From assembly GCA_902780565.1 (NCBI GenBank), contig CACZGD010000014.1, positions 1,977 to 65,976 on the forward strand: a DNA stretch of 64,000 nucleotides, given 5' to 3'. Source of the DNA: Oscillospiraceae bacterium. Lineage in GTDB: Bacteria; Bacillota; Clostridia; Oscillospirales; Acutalibacteraceae. Positions 44,322 to 52,821 of the stretch are shown piece after piece. The notes under the pieces are model-generated. The model searched no databases, had not been told where the DNA came from, and saw only the letters and a program-made list of their open reading frames with translations. Numbering within the stretch: position 1 is the first letter of the stretch; each line of letters opens with the position of its first letter. Made by a program: the position numbers and the translations under genes.

Positions 44322-45533
44322 TTACAGCGTTTCCAGTCCCACGGCGGCGCGCAGGATCAGGCGCGCGTCGGAGGCGGTGATCTTATCGTCGCCGTCCACG
44401 TTGGCGTTCAAAAGCTGCTGCGCGTTCAGGTGATCGTCCAGCTCCACAGCCCGCCGCAGCGCAAGCCGCGCGTCGGAGGCCGTCACCTTGCCGTCAAGGT
44501 CCACGTCGCCGGGGACGCACACGGGGTAGGGCTGACTCGGGTCGGTCGGATCGGTCGGCTCACTCGGATCTGTGGGTTCACTCGGATCTGTGGGTTCACT
44601 CGGATCGGTCGGCTCACTCGGATCGGTCGGCTCGCTGACCGGCTCCAGCTTCGGGATCGCGCGGGACTGCGTTTCCCCGCAGCGATTACAAGTGCGCGTC
44701 TCGGTCCCTTCGGCGGTCTCGGTCGGCTCCACGGTCACGGTCCAGGCGGACCAATCGTGCCCAAGGGCGGGAACGGAGGTCTGCGCGATCAGGATCTCGC
44801 CGCAGGTCGCGCACACAACGCCGTCGGTCATGCCCGCTTCGGTACAGGTCGCGGGCTTGCCGGGAACTGTTTTGGGGGCATGCTCCAGCGCGGGCAGCTC
44901 CTCGGTCCGCGTGCCGCCGCAGACGGTGCAGGTATAGGTCTTCACGCCCACGACCGCGCAGCGCGGCTGCGCCGTCACCTTCCCGGCGTCCCAACTGTGG
45001 GGCGCGGTCTCGGTATGCGAAGAATCAGACTTGCACACGCGGCGGTGAAGCGTTTCGTCAAGGTAGGTCCACGCGCCGAAGTCGTGCACGTGCGGCGCGG
45101 CAACCGTCACGGCGGCGGCTGTCCCGGCGAGGGGGACGGTCGCCTCGTCGTAGTTATAGCAGCCCACGACCTTGAAGGTCACGGTCGCGCTCCCCGCCCG
45201 CTTTGCGGTGAAGCGCAGGGTCGCCAGCACGCCGGAGGCTGTCACGTCCGCGTCGGAATCCCATTGCAGGGCCTTGTCCGTTACGGTAAAAGCGTCGGTG
45301 CTGACCGCGCCGTTTGTTACGGCTTCCAGCGTCAGCAGGTCCGCGTCATAGGTAAAGGTGATTTTGAGGTAACAAAAGCCGGGGTTGTTTTCGATTTTCA
45401 GCGGGAGGTCGAAGGGCTCCCCGGGGGCGGCATTGACGGAAGAAGCGGTCAGCGCCGGGGCGGCGGCGAAGGCGGGCAGCGCCTCGAACAGACACAGACA
45501 AAGCGTCAACAGGATCGCAAGCAGCTTTTTCAT
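44322..45533 (-). CDS. secreted cohesin + dockerin protein with His/Cys modules and an SEPTDP linker
   Basis: 403 aa with a signal peptide. The cohesin-like domain is SSVNAAPGEPFDLPLKIENNPGFCYLKITFTYDADLLTLEAV...ATLRFTAKRAGSATVTF. It has three HxW/CxxC modules. The C-terminal type-I-like dockerin duplicate is GDVDLDGKVTASDARLALR / ANVDGDDKITASDARLILR. Its AAGGAGG SD lies right after the upstream stop. Confidence 0.75.
   Translation of the reverse strand: MKKLLAILLTLCLCLFEALPAFAAAPALTASSVNAAPGEPFDLPLKIENNPGFCYLKITFTYDADLLTLEAVTNGAVSTDAFTVTDKALQWDSDADVTASGVLATLRFTAKRAGSATVTFKVVGCYNYDEATVPLAGTAAAVTVAAPHVHDFGAWTYLDETLHRRVCKSDSSHTETAPHSWDAGKVTAQPRCAVVGVKTYTCTVCGGTRTEELPALEHAPKTVPGKPATCTEAGMTDGVVCATCGEILIAQTSVPALGHDWSAWTVTVEPTETAEGTETRTCNRCGETQSRAIPKLEPVSEPTDPSEPTDPSEPTDPSEPTDPSEPTDPTDPSQPYPVCVPGDVDLDGKVTASDARLALRRAVELDDHLNAQQLLNANVDGDDKITASDARLILRAAVGLETL
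44538..44636 (-). repeat. in-frame 18-bp tandem repeat, about 5.5 copies, encoding (SEPTDP)n
   Basis: CTCACTCGGATC(T/G)GT(G/C)GG(T/C)T units are visible at 44550-44636. The protein reads SEPTDPSEPTDPSEPTDPSEPTDPSEPTDPTDPSQP. Confidence 0.85.
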
Positions 45534-45545
45534 AACGACGCCTCC

Positions 45546-48500
45546 TTACGGACCGAGCACGATCGGGGACGTGCCGGTCTCCTCATCGTAATTCGCAAGG
45601 TACTTGCGCAGGCGGATCAGGTCGCGGCCGTCCACGGTTCCGTCGCCGGTGCAGTCCGCGCCGGGGAAGATCTCCACGGCGGAGACCCCGGTCGTCTCGT
45701 CCAGATTCGCAAGGTATTTGCGCAGGCGCACAAGGTCGCGGCCGTCGATCACGCCGTCGCCGTTCACGTCGCCATAGATAAAGTCGCGCACGGTGATCAC
45801 GCCGGGCGTCACGCCCACGTGCAGCAGGTCTTCGTTATAATCCCACGCTTCCTTCACGCTCAGGCCGATCTCGTAATCGCCGGCTTCGGCGCCCTCGGCG
45901 ACGGTGAAGGTCAGCGTCGCCAGCAGTCCGGTGGCGTTGATGTCGGATTCCGCGTTGAACAGGAAGGACGTGCCCTTTTCCAGCGTATCGAACAGGTCTC
46001 CGTTTCTGACCTCGGTCAGGGTCAGCACGGTTTTGTCATAGGTGGGGGTCAGGCGCAGATAGTTGACCGGCGCGGCCTTGGTGATATACACGTCCAGCGT
46101 GACGGTCTCCCCCGCCTGCGTCTTCACGGAGGCGACCTCAATATCCAGATCGGTCTCGACGGGAGTCGGGTCCTCCACGGTACGCGTCGCCGAGCAGGTC
46201 GCGCACGTATACTTCGTGCCGCCGCTCACACGCACACCATCGTCCCATTCATGCGCGGCTGTCTCCACGTGGGAGGCGCTGCGCCCGCACACGCGCTGAT
46301 GATACGTTTCATCCAGCTTCACCCACGCGGACCAGTCATGCCCAAGGGCGGGGACGGTCTCGGTTTTCGTCTCTCCACAAACGGTACAGGTGCATACGCG
46401 TTCCCCACTCTCCAAACAAGTGGCAGGCACCGTAACGCTCCAAGGTCCGAACGTATGCTCATGAGGCTTCGGCAGGTTTAAGGTAAGAGAATTGCAATTC
46501 GGATCAATTCCGCCGATATTGGTAATGGAAAGCGTAAGCTCCGTGGAATCCGCATGAAAGTCCGCAACGTCAAAAGTCAGGATTGCAGCCTCAAAATGCT
46601 CGCCGTTTACGCCGGGAATCCCTTCTTCTTCCCATTGTTCGGAGCGCCAAAGAGACGTCTTGAAATAAGCGGCGTACTTCACGCAATTTAAATCCGAGTC
46701 CCGGTCGCAATTAAACTCGGCAGTATACCAATTCGGTCTGGATCTATGATACTCGGCGTTCTCTGCGTCTTTCCCTGTTTGTAACTCATAAAAATGCAGG
46801 ATACTGTTATCAAAATCAATCTTTAAATCAATGCTCTTCAAGCCAACGCAATTATCATAATACAATCCGACTTTCACCTGTTCGGCGTCCATTTCAAGAA
46901 GCTGAAGTGAGACCGTTCCGGTCCCAAGGAACGCTCCGCAAGAATCACAGTATTCGTCGCCGTTTGCATCCGTATGCGGGATCATGGGAAGCGATTCGGT
47001 TTTCGTCTCCCCGCAAATAGAACAGGTAAAGGTTCTGACGCCTTCTGCCGAACACGTCGGGGCCTTGGTCACAGTCCCGTCATCCCAAGTGTGTCCTTTC
47101 TTCCAAATCGCACGAATATATCCAAGACCTGTTCCAACCGTATATGTTTCTCTGCTGTTTTTCACATTCGTCGCGTTGAAAACTTCTGAATAGCTGACAT
47201 ACCAGACAACCGGTTCACTTGCGGATGCGGCAGGACCGGAAAGATATACATGACCAAATGTGCTGAATGATCCGGTTGAACCGCAAGTTGTTTTATAAAT
47301 ATAAACCTCGAATTCCCCGGTGCCTTCCTGTGAAGTAATCCAAGTATGCTCAGCGCCGTCACCGGTCGCGTTAGATGCTCTTTCGATCTTATAACCAACA
47401 GGGATTTTTGCGACAATCATGTGATAAAACACCGCAGAAGGGGCAGAACTTGTCAATTGATAAAAGCCTCCGATTCCCGGTGAAGCTTCTCCCGTTGTTT
47501 TAATCTCCAGCATATTGGCGCTTGAAGTTTGAGCGTCGCTGGTTCTCGGGATGCTGGAAACAGAAACACTGTCATTCTCTTTCAGATTATACACCTTAAT
47601 ATCGCTATAAGAATGACTGAAAGAGGGATCATAATGCAACGGTTCTCCCCATGGCTCCAAAAGATGACCGGTTCCCGAATAATCAATACGCCAACAGACA
47701 AAATCGTATCCTTCTCTTGTGGGCTTTCCAAGATCAATAACTGTTCCGGGAACATAATCAAAATTTTGCTCCTCCGCTGAACCATTCCAAATTCCTCCCG
47801 CAGGTCGAATGGAAACGACCACAGTCCGGGATATCTTTGCCCCGCAAACCGTACAGGTATTATACGCAGGATTGGCAGCACCGTTATCCCATGTATGGTT
47901 TGCAGTCTCTGTCTTCGAGCAGCGAGAACATACATGCTGATGCTGAGAGTCATTCAAACGGGTCCATGCCCCGTAATAATGGTAGGTATTGACTGCCAAT
48001 CCAACACTGAGATCCCTGTCTCCAATCGTTCCGGACAGCGCATCACCTGTAACGCGTTCATACCGATAGCAACCGGAAACCTGAATATCCTTGATCTCAT
48101 ATTTTGTTCCCTTTGGATGCTGCACATAATAATCCGTAACGTTATCCGCTACACGCGAACCGTTAATATAAACGTCAAAGGTCACATTGCTGAACCCGTC
48201 ATTATGTTCAACACCATCAACAATAAGATTTACGTCGAGGTAATATGCAGGTGTTGTTCCGGAATACGCAGGCCGAATAAAAACCATAGAAATACCATTT
48301 CCGACAGTATGCCCCTGTGCATCCGAATAATGGCTATGATTAATCTGCATGACTTGATAAGACAAATTGCCTTGAACTGATTGTTGATTATTTACAGCAA
48401 GACCAACATGTGTATAGGAACCGCAGTAAGAGCAATAATAAAAAACAAGATCTCCCGCTTTTACTTCAGATGAAGAGATTTTATATCCTCCCGCAGCTCG

Positions 48501-48803
48501 AACTCTGTCTAATAACCCTGCAACCGCTCCATATAAAGGAACTGCTTTTTGTTGATTCGCTTTGATTGCACAATCTCCAATGAAATCCGCACACCAACCT
48601 TCAGTATACCCTAAGCTTGCCTGACTCCTTCCATTCTGAGCCAGACCGATATTCGCCATATACTGACCGGGATCTGAACTGTATGTGGCACTGTAAAAAT
48701 TATGCGCCATAGACTGCGTTGCCTCAACTGGGATAATTGGCGTAACGCCAAAAATCATGACCATCGCCAATAGTATTGCAAACACTCTTTTGATTGATTT
48801 CAT
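45546..48803 (-). CDS. secreted CHAP/NlpC-P60-like amidase domain protein with two cohesin-like modules, His/Cys modules and a C-terminal dockerin (1085 aa)
   Basis: I place the start at MKSIKRVFAILLAMVMIFGV (ATG 48803, AAAGGA SD). The papain-fold amidase pattern is GWCADFIGDC...AGDLVFYY...YTHVGLAV...QGN. It has a Flg_new-like unit (REGYDFVCW) and the cohesin-like LDIEVASVKTQAGETVTLDVYITKAAPVNYLRLTPTYDKTVLTL. The dockerin is GDVNGDGVIDGRDLVRLRKYL / CTGDGTVDGRDLIRLRKYL. Confidence 0.75.
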   Translation of the reverse strand: MKSIKRVFAILLAMVMIFGVTPIIPVEATQSMAHNFYSATYSSDPGQYMANIGLAQNGRSQASLGYTEGWCADFIGDCAIKANQQKAVPLYGAVAGLLDRVRAAGGYKISSSEVKAGDLVFYYCSYCGSYTHVGLAVNNQQSVQGNLSYQVMQINHSHYSDAQGHTVGNGISMVFIRPAYSGTTPAYYLDVNLIVDGVEHNDGFSNVTFDVYINGSRVADNVTDYYVQHPKGTKYEIKDIQVSGCYRYERVTGDALSGTIGDRDLSVGLAVNTYHYYGAWTRLNDSQHQHVCSRCSKTETANHTWDNGAANPAYNTCTVCGAKISRTVVVSIRPAGGIWNGSAEEQNFDYVPGTVIDLGKPTREGYDFVCWRIDYSGTGHLLEPWGEPLHYDPSFSHSYSDIKVYNLKENDSVSVSSIPRTSDAQTSSANMLEIKTTGEASPGIGGFYQLTSSAPSAVFYHMIVAKIPVGYKIERASNATGDGAEHTWITSQEGTGEFEVYIYKTTCGSTGSFSTFGHVYLSGPAASASEPVVWYVSYSEVFNATNVKNSRETYTVGTGLGYIRAIWKKGHTWDDGTVTKAPTCSAEGVRTFTCSICGETKTESLPMIPHTDANGDEYCDSCGAFLGTGTVSLQLLEMDAEQVKVGLYYDNCVGLKSIDLKIDFDNSILHFYELQTGKDAENAEYHRSRPNWYTAEFNCDRDSDLNCVKYAAYFKTSLWRSEQWEEEGIPGVNGEHFEAAILTFDVADFHADSTELTLSITNIGGIDPNCNSLTLNLPKPHEHTFGPWSVTVPATCLESGERVCTCTVCGETKTETVPALGHDWSAWVKLDETYHQRVCGRSASHVETAAHEWDDGVRVSGGTKYTCATCSATRTVEDPTPVETDLDIEVASVKTQAGETVTLDVYITKAAPVNYLRLTPTYDKTVLTLTEVRNGDLFDTLEKGTSFLFNAESDINATGLLATLTFTVAEGAEAGDYEIGLSVKEAWDYNEDLLHVGVTPGVITVRDFIYGDVNGDGVIDGRDLVRLRKYLANLDETTGVSAVEIFPGADCTGDGTVDGRDLIRLRKYLANYDEETGTSPIVLGP

Positions 48804-48922
48804 GTAATCGCATCCTTTCTTTTTTAATAAACTATCATATTTCATAGTAGAATTCAACAAACCTTGTATCAGATGCACGTAAACATTGCTTAATTGCTCA
48901 ATCCTCCTTTCAGTAAAGATCT

Positions 48923-48961
48923 TGATTAATCAATGATTATTTTAGCGAATTATTCGCTAAA
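48923..48961. promoter_or_regulatory. two perfect palindromes in the divergent XRE / CHAP-cohesin intergenic region (candidate operators)
   Basis: TTGATTAATCAA (48923..48934) and TTAGCGAAT-T-ATTCGCTAA (48943..48961). Confidence 0.45.
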
Positions 48962-49010
48962 AGTCAATAGAGACAGTAGAATTCATATATAATCAACTTG
49001 GTGATTATAT

Positions 49011-49232
49011 ATGTACAAACGAATCCGTGAACTGCGCGAGGATCTTGATATGCCGCAGAGAGAAATTGCAGAAAAACTCGGCTGTTCTCAGCGTGTTTAC
49101 AGCAATTATGAGCGCGGCGATATTGATATCCCAACAGAGATTCTAATCAAGTTGTCCGATCTTCACGGCGTTTCCGTCGATTATATTCTCGGGCTGACAT
49201 CCGAAAGAACCCCCTATAAAAGAGATAATTAA
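49011..49232 (+). CDS. XRE-family helix-turn-helix transcriptional regulator
   Basis: 73 aa. IRELREDLDMPQREIAEKLGCSQRVYSNYERGDIDIPTEILIKLSDLHGVSVDYILG is a classic HTH_3/Cro-C1 pattern. Confidence 0.85.
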   Translation: MYKRIRELREDLDMPQREIAEKLGCSQRVYSNYERGDIDIPTEILIKLSDLHGVSVDYILGLTSERTPYKRDN

Positions 49233-49233
49233 A

Positions 49234-49268
49234 ACAGGAATCGGCAATCCCGGTTCCTGTTTCTGTTT
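49234..49268. terminator. bidirectional intrinsic terminator
   Basis: An 11-bp stem ACAGGAATCGG/CCGGTTCCTGT (one G-U pair) is flanked by an A-run and TTCTGTTT. Confidence 0.7.
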
Positions 49269-49297
49269 AACCATTCAATTTGATGCGTCTCCCCCGC

Positions 49298-51184
49298 TCA
49301 TTCGCTGAGGGTGAGCCATTCCTCCTCCAACGCGTCGCGCTCGTCGCCGAGCGAAGTGAGCTGCCCGGTGAGGAAGAGCACCTTTTCGTAGTCCGCGGCG
49401 GTCTCGGGCAGGGCGAGTGCGGTTTCGAGCGCCGCCTTTTCCTGCTCGATGGCGGAAAGCCTTGCCTCGATCTTTTTGACGCGGGAGGCCTTCAGGCGTT
49501 CGGCGCGCTCCGCCTCCTTGCGCTGCAAATAGGCGTTGGGCTTTTTCACGGCGGCGGCGGGTTTTTCGGCGGCGTCCGCCTGCAGGAGGGAGACGTAAGC
49601 GTCGTAGTTGCCCTCGATCTGCGTCACGCCGTCGCCCCGGAAGGAGAGCACGCGGGTGGCGAGGCGGTTGACGAAATACCGGTCGTGCGACACGCACAAA
49701 ATCGTCCCCTCGAACGAGGCAAGCGCCTCCTCCAAGATCTCGCGGGAGGAGACGTCCAGATGGTTCGTGGGCTCGTCCAGAATCAAAAAGTTCGGCTTGC
49801 GCAGAATGAGCTTGAGCAGCGCCACGCGCGCGCGTTCGCCGCCGGACAGGGTGCGCATATTCTTTTCGATGTCCTCGCCCCGGAACAGGAACGCCGCCAA
49901 GAGCGAACGGATCTCCGGCACCGTAAGGGACGGGAATTCGTCGTAGATCTCATACAGCACGGTCTTGTCGTGCATCATTTCGCGCTGCGTCTGCTCGAAG
50001 TAGCCGACCTTCACGTTCTGCCCGAAGCGGACAAACCCGGCTTCGGGCGTGACGGACCCCAGCAGCACGCCGAGCATGGTGGTCTTGCCGCAGCCGTTCG
50101 GCCCCAGCAAAAACACGCGGTCCCCGCGCCTGAGGTCAAAGCTCACGTCCCGGAACAGGGACTTGCCGTCGTAGGCCTTCGCCAGCCCCTCGGCGTGCAG
50201 GACCTCGTCCCCGGAGCGGACGATCTGCGAAAAGCGCAGGCGCATCTCCTTTTCCTTGGGCGGCAGCTCCGGCAGCGTGGCGCGGATGCGCTCGATCTGC
50301 TTTTCCTTGGAGGCGATGGTGATATAGTTGCGCTCCTGATTGAACTGCTTTTGCTGCTCGATCATCTTTTCGATGCGCTTGATCTCGAGCATGCCCTTTT
50401 CGTATTCGCGCTTGTCCGTCTCATACCGCAGCGCCTTGGTTTTCATATAGGTCGAATAGGAACCCGGCGCCGCATACAGGCGGCAGGCGGTCAGCTCCAT
50501 GGTCTTGGACGTGACCTTATCGAGGAAATACCGGTCATGGGAGACGACCAGCAGCGCCCCGGCGTATTTGGACAGGAAATCCTCCAGCCATTCGGTGCTG
50601 ACGATATCGAGATGGTTCGTGGGCTCGTCCAGCAGCATCAGCTCCGGCTCCGAGAGCAGGAGCTTGCCGAGCGCCAGCTTCGTGCGCTGCCCGCCGGACA
50701 GGGCGGAGACCGGCAAATTCTCCTCCGCCTTGGTAAAGCCGAGTCCCGCAAGCGTCGAATGCGCGCGGGAGACGTAGGTCAGCCCGCCGCCGTTCTGGAA
50801 GGCATTCGTCAACTCGTCCTGCAGATGCAGGTACTCCGGCACCTTGCCGTCGGTCAGCGCCACCTTGCGGTGGACCTCCTCCAGCTCCCGCTCCATGTCC
50901 ATCAGCGGACGGAACACGGTCAGCAGCTCCTCATACACCGTTTTGTCGCTGTCGCCGCAGGCGTGCTGCGCCACGGAGCCGACTTTCAGCAGACCGCTTT
51001 TGAAAATCTTGCCGTCCGTCGGCTCCAGTTCCTCCGTCACAAGGCGAAAGAGCGTGGTTTTGCCGCTGCCGTTGCTGCCGATGAGCCCGATCTTATCGCC
51101 CTTTTCCACCGAAAAGCTCACGTCCCGCAGGACCTCCTTGTCGGCAAACGACAGACAGACGTTCTGAAAATTCAGGATCGACAT
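49298..51184 (-). CDS. ABC-F family ATPase (translation-associated; no membrane domain)
   Basis: 628 aa. Two ABC cassettes are present (Walker A GSNGSGKTT and GPNGCGKTT; signatures LSGGQ and LSGGE). It has an inter-domain linker and a C-terminal coiled-coil/basic tail. Confidence 0.88.
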   Translation of the reverse strand: MSILNFQNVCLSFADKEVLRDVSFSVEKGDKIGLIGSNGSGKTTLFRLVTEELEPTDGKIFKSGLLKVGSVAQHACGDSDKTVYEELLTVFRPLMDMERELEEVHRKVALTDGKVPEYLHLQDELTNAFQNGGGLTYVSRAHSTLAGLGFTKAEENLPVSALSGGQRTKLALGKLLLSEPELMLLDEPTNHLDIVSTEWLEDFLSKYAGALLVVSHDRYFLDKVTSKTMELTACRLYAAPGSYSTYMKTKALRYETDKREYEKGMLEIKRIEKMIEQQKQFNQERNYITIASKEKQIERIRATLPELPPKEKEMRLRFSQIVRSGDEVLHAEGLAKAYDGKSLFRDVSFDLRRGDRVFLLGPNGCGKTTMLGVLLGSVTPEAGFVRFGQNVKVGYFEQTQREMMHDKTVLYEIYDEFPSLTVPEIRSLLAAFLFRGEDIEKNMRTLSGGERARVALLKLILRKPNFLILDEPTNHLDVSSREILEEALASFEGTILCVSHDRYFVNRLATRVLSFRGDGVTQIEGNYDAYVSLLQADAAEKPAAAVKKPNAYLQRKEAERAERLKASRVKKIEARLSAIEQEKAALETALALPETAADYEKVLFLTGQLTSLGDERDALEEEWLTLSE

Positions 51185-51193
51185 AACGGCGCC

Positions 51194-52156
51194 TCAGGTA
51201 CGGGTCTCCAGCAGCCGCAGGCTGCCCTTGACTTCGTATTCGCCCTTGGCGGCGGGGATGAAAATGCTGTCGCCCTTATGCAGGGGGAGGAATTCGTCCC
51301 CGCATTCCAGCTCGCCCTCGCCCTCCAGCACAAGGAGGGAGACAAAGCTCGTCGCATCCGCGGTATCGGCGTACTCCCCTTCCAGCTTCACCTCGGTCAT
51401 CGAGAAGAAGTCGCAGGCGGTCAGCAGGGTCTTTTGGGCGTCGCCAACGGGGGTCGGGGCCCCGGCGGGCGCGAAGGAGCGCGTGGGGACGGCAAGGTCC
51501 ACCACGTCCAGCGCCTTGTCGATATGTAAGGGACGGTAGGAGCCGTCGGGCTCCTGCCGGTGATAGTCATACACCCGATAGGTGGTGTTGGAGGACTGCT
51601 GCACCTCCGCGATCAGGATGCCGCCGCCGATAGCGTGCAGGGTCCCCGCCGGGATGAACGCCACGTCCCCTGCCTTGACGGGGACGAAGTTGAGCGTCTG
51701 CTCCAGCGTGTTTTCCTCAATATGCCGGCGGAAGTCCGCCTTTTCGATCGGGGCGTTCACCCCATACACCAGCGCGGCGCCGGGGTCGGCCTCCAGCACG
51801 AGCCACGCCTCGGTTTTGCCGTTTTCATGCTCCACGCGGCGGGCGTAGGCGTCGTCCGGGTGGACCTGCACCGAAAGCTTTTCCTTCGCGTCGATCAGCT
51901 TGATCAGCACCGGGAAGTCCGGCTTGTCGGCGTTATGTGTGCCGAGCACGGCTTTTCCCTCGGCAGCGAGGGCTTCGGACAGGGTCCGCCCCGCGTATTT
52001 TCCGTTTTTGACGATCGAGGGGCCGTCCGGATGGCACGACAGCAGCCAGGCTTCCGCCGGGCGGTCCACGTCGGTGCGATAACCCCAGTCCTTTCTCAGC
52101 TTCTCCCCGCCCCAGATGGCGCGTTTGACAGTGGGCGTCAACGACAGGATCTCCAT
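51194..52156 (-). CDS. manA: mannose-6-phosphate isomerase, class I
   Basis: The start MEILSLTPTVKRAIWGGEKL follows a GAAAGGAAG SD. It has the cupin metal-site motifs LSVQVHPDD and GTLHAIG. Confidence 0.85.
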   Translation of the reverse strand: MEILSLTPTVKRAIWGGEKLRKDWGYRTDVDRPAEAWLLSCHPDGPSIVKNGKYAGRTLSEALAAEGKAVLGTHNADKPDFPVLIKLIDAKEKLSVQVHPDDAYARRVEHENGKTEAWLVLEADPGAALVYGVNAPIEKADFRRHIEENTLEQTLNFVPVKAGDVAFIPAGTLHAIGGGILIAEVQQSSNTTYRVYDYHRQEPDGSYRPLHIDKALDVVDLAVPTRSFAPAGAPTPVGDAQKTLLTACDFFSMTEVKLEGEYADTADATSFVSLLVLEGEGELECGDEFLPLHKGDSIFIPAAKGEYEVKGSLRLLETRT

Positions 52157-52197
52157 TTGATCTCTTCCTTTCGTGTTACATTCTACTGCACAGTATA

Positions 52198-52401
52198 TCA
52201 AAAACCGACGGTCCCGTCAACCGCGTTTTCGCCGATCTCGGCATTTAACGCGGTATTTTTGCACCCGCCCGCGCGGCGGCAGTCCTCGTACCGGCTGCAC
52301 CTTCTGCTGCGTTCCCCGTTGTGATAGACCGTTTCCTCAAACACGACGTTGCCGCCCTGCACAAAGCAATACTGCTCATAGGTCAGCTTGTGATTCTTCA
52401 T
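52198..52401 (-). CDS. small hypothetical Cys-containing protein (67 aa)
   Basis: The start MKNHKLTYEQYCF... follows a GGGAGGG SD, upstream of manA. I recognise no family. Confidence 0.4.
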   Translation of the reverse strand: MKNHKLTYEQYCFVQGGNVVFEETVYHNGERSRRCSRYEDCRRAGGCKNTALNAEIGENAVDGTVGF

Positions 52402-52557
52402 GCGCGTCCCTCCCATCCGTTTTCTCTATATCTTATTATACCCGCCGGGAAAAAATCATCGGTTTTCGCGGATTGGGAATTTTCGGCATACTTCACAAAG
52501 GGACGAACATATATTTTGAACAGAAAAACCGGCGCGCTCACGCCGGAAGGAGGACGC

Positions 52558-52806
52558 ATGAATCATCTGCTGCTGTTGCTGATCCCCACGGGGATCGTCG
52601 TGTTGCTCTACGCGTTTCGGAAAGTCCGGCTGCGCCACCTGCTGCTCTCCGCCATGTCGGGGCTGCTGGCGCTGATCGCTGCGGACTTCGTCTGCTCGTT
52701 CTTTTCGTTCAACCTGCCGCTCAACGCCCTGTCGCTCGGCATGGCTGCCGTGGGCGGGATCCCGGGCGCGATTTTGTATAACGTGCTGGCGGTCATTTTC
52801 GCCTGA
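52558..52806 (+). CDS. bofA: pro-sigma-K processing inhibitor BofA family protein
   Basis: 82 aa with two TM helices and a GGAAGGAGG SD. The C-terminal LPLNALSLGMAAVGGIPGAILYNVL resembles B. subtilis BofA (...INLVTTAISGILGIPGIAALV...). Confidence 0.72.
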   Translation: MNHLLLLLIPTGIVVLLYAFRKVRLRHLLLSAMSGLLALIAADFVCSFFSFNLPLNALSLGMAAVGGIPGAILYNVLAVIFA

Positions 52807-52821
52807 TCAAAAAAAACGCGC

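Noticed and set aside
46440-49270. Low-GC islands (also 26875..27780) considered as mobile elements or prophage remnants.
   Set aside because: I could find no integrase, transposase or recombinase genes, no terminal inverted or direct repeats, and no tRNA attachment site. Only the compositional anomaly can be supported, so they are reported as findings and not called mobile elements.
52198-52401. Small Cys-containing 67-aa ORF considered as a RiPP precursor for the radical SAM/SPASM enzyme.
   Set aside because: It is separated from the enzyme by the oppositely oriented bofA gene. It sits in a different transcription unit directly upstream of manA, so no operon linkage supports the idea.
52417-52557. 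Attempt to assign a sporulation sigma-E or sigma-K promoter upstream of bofA (CATACT at about 52487 and CATATATT at about 52509).
   Set aside because: Only partial matches to the -10 elements are present and no convincing -35 element lies at the right spacing. It is too speculative to list as a feature.
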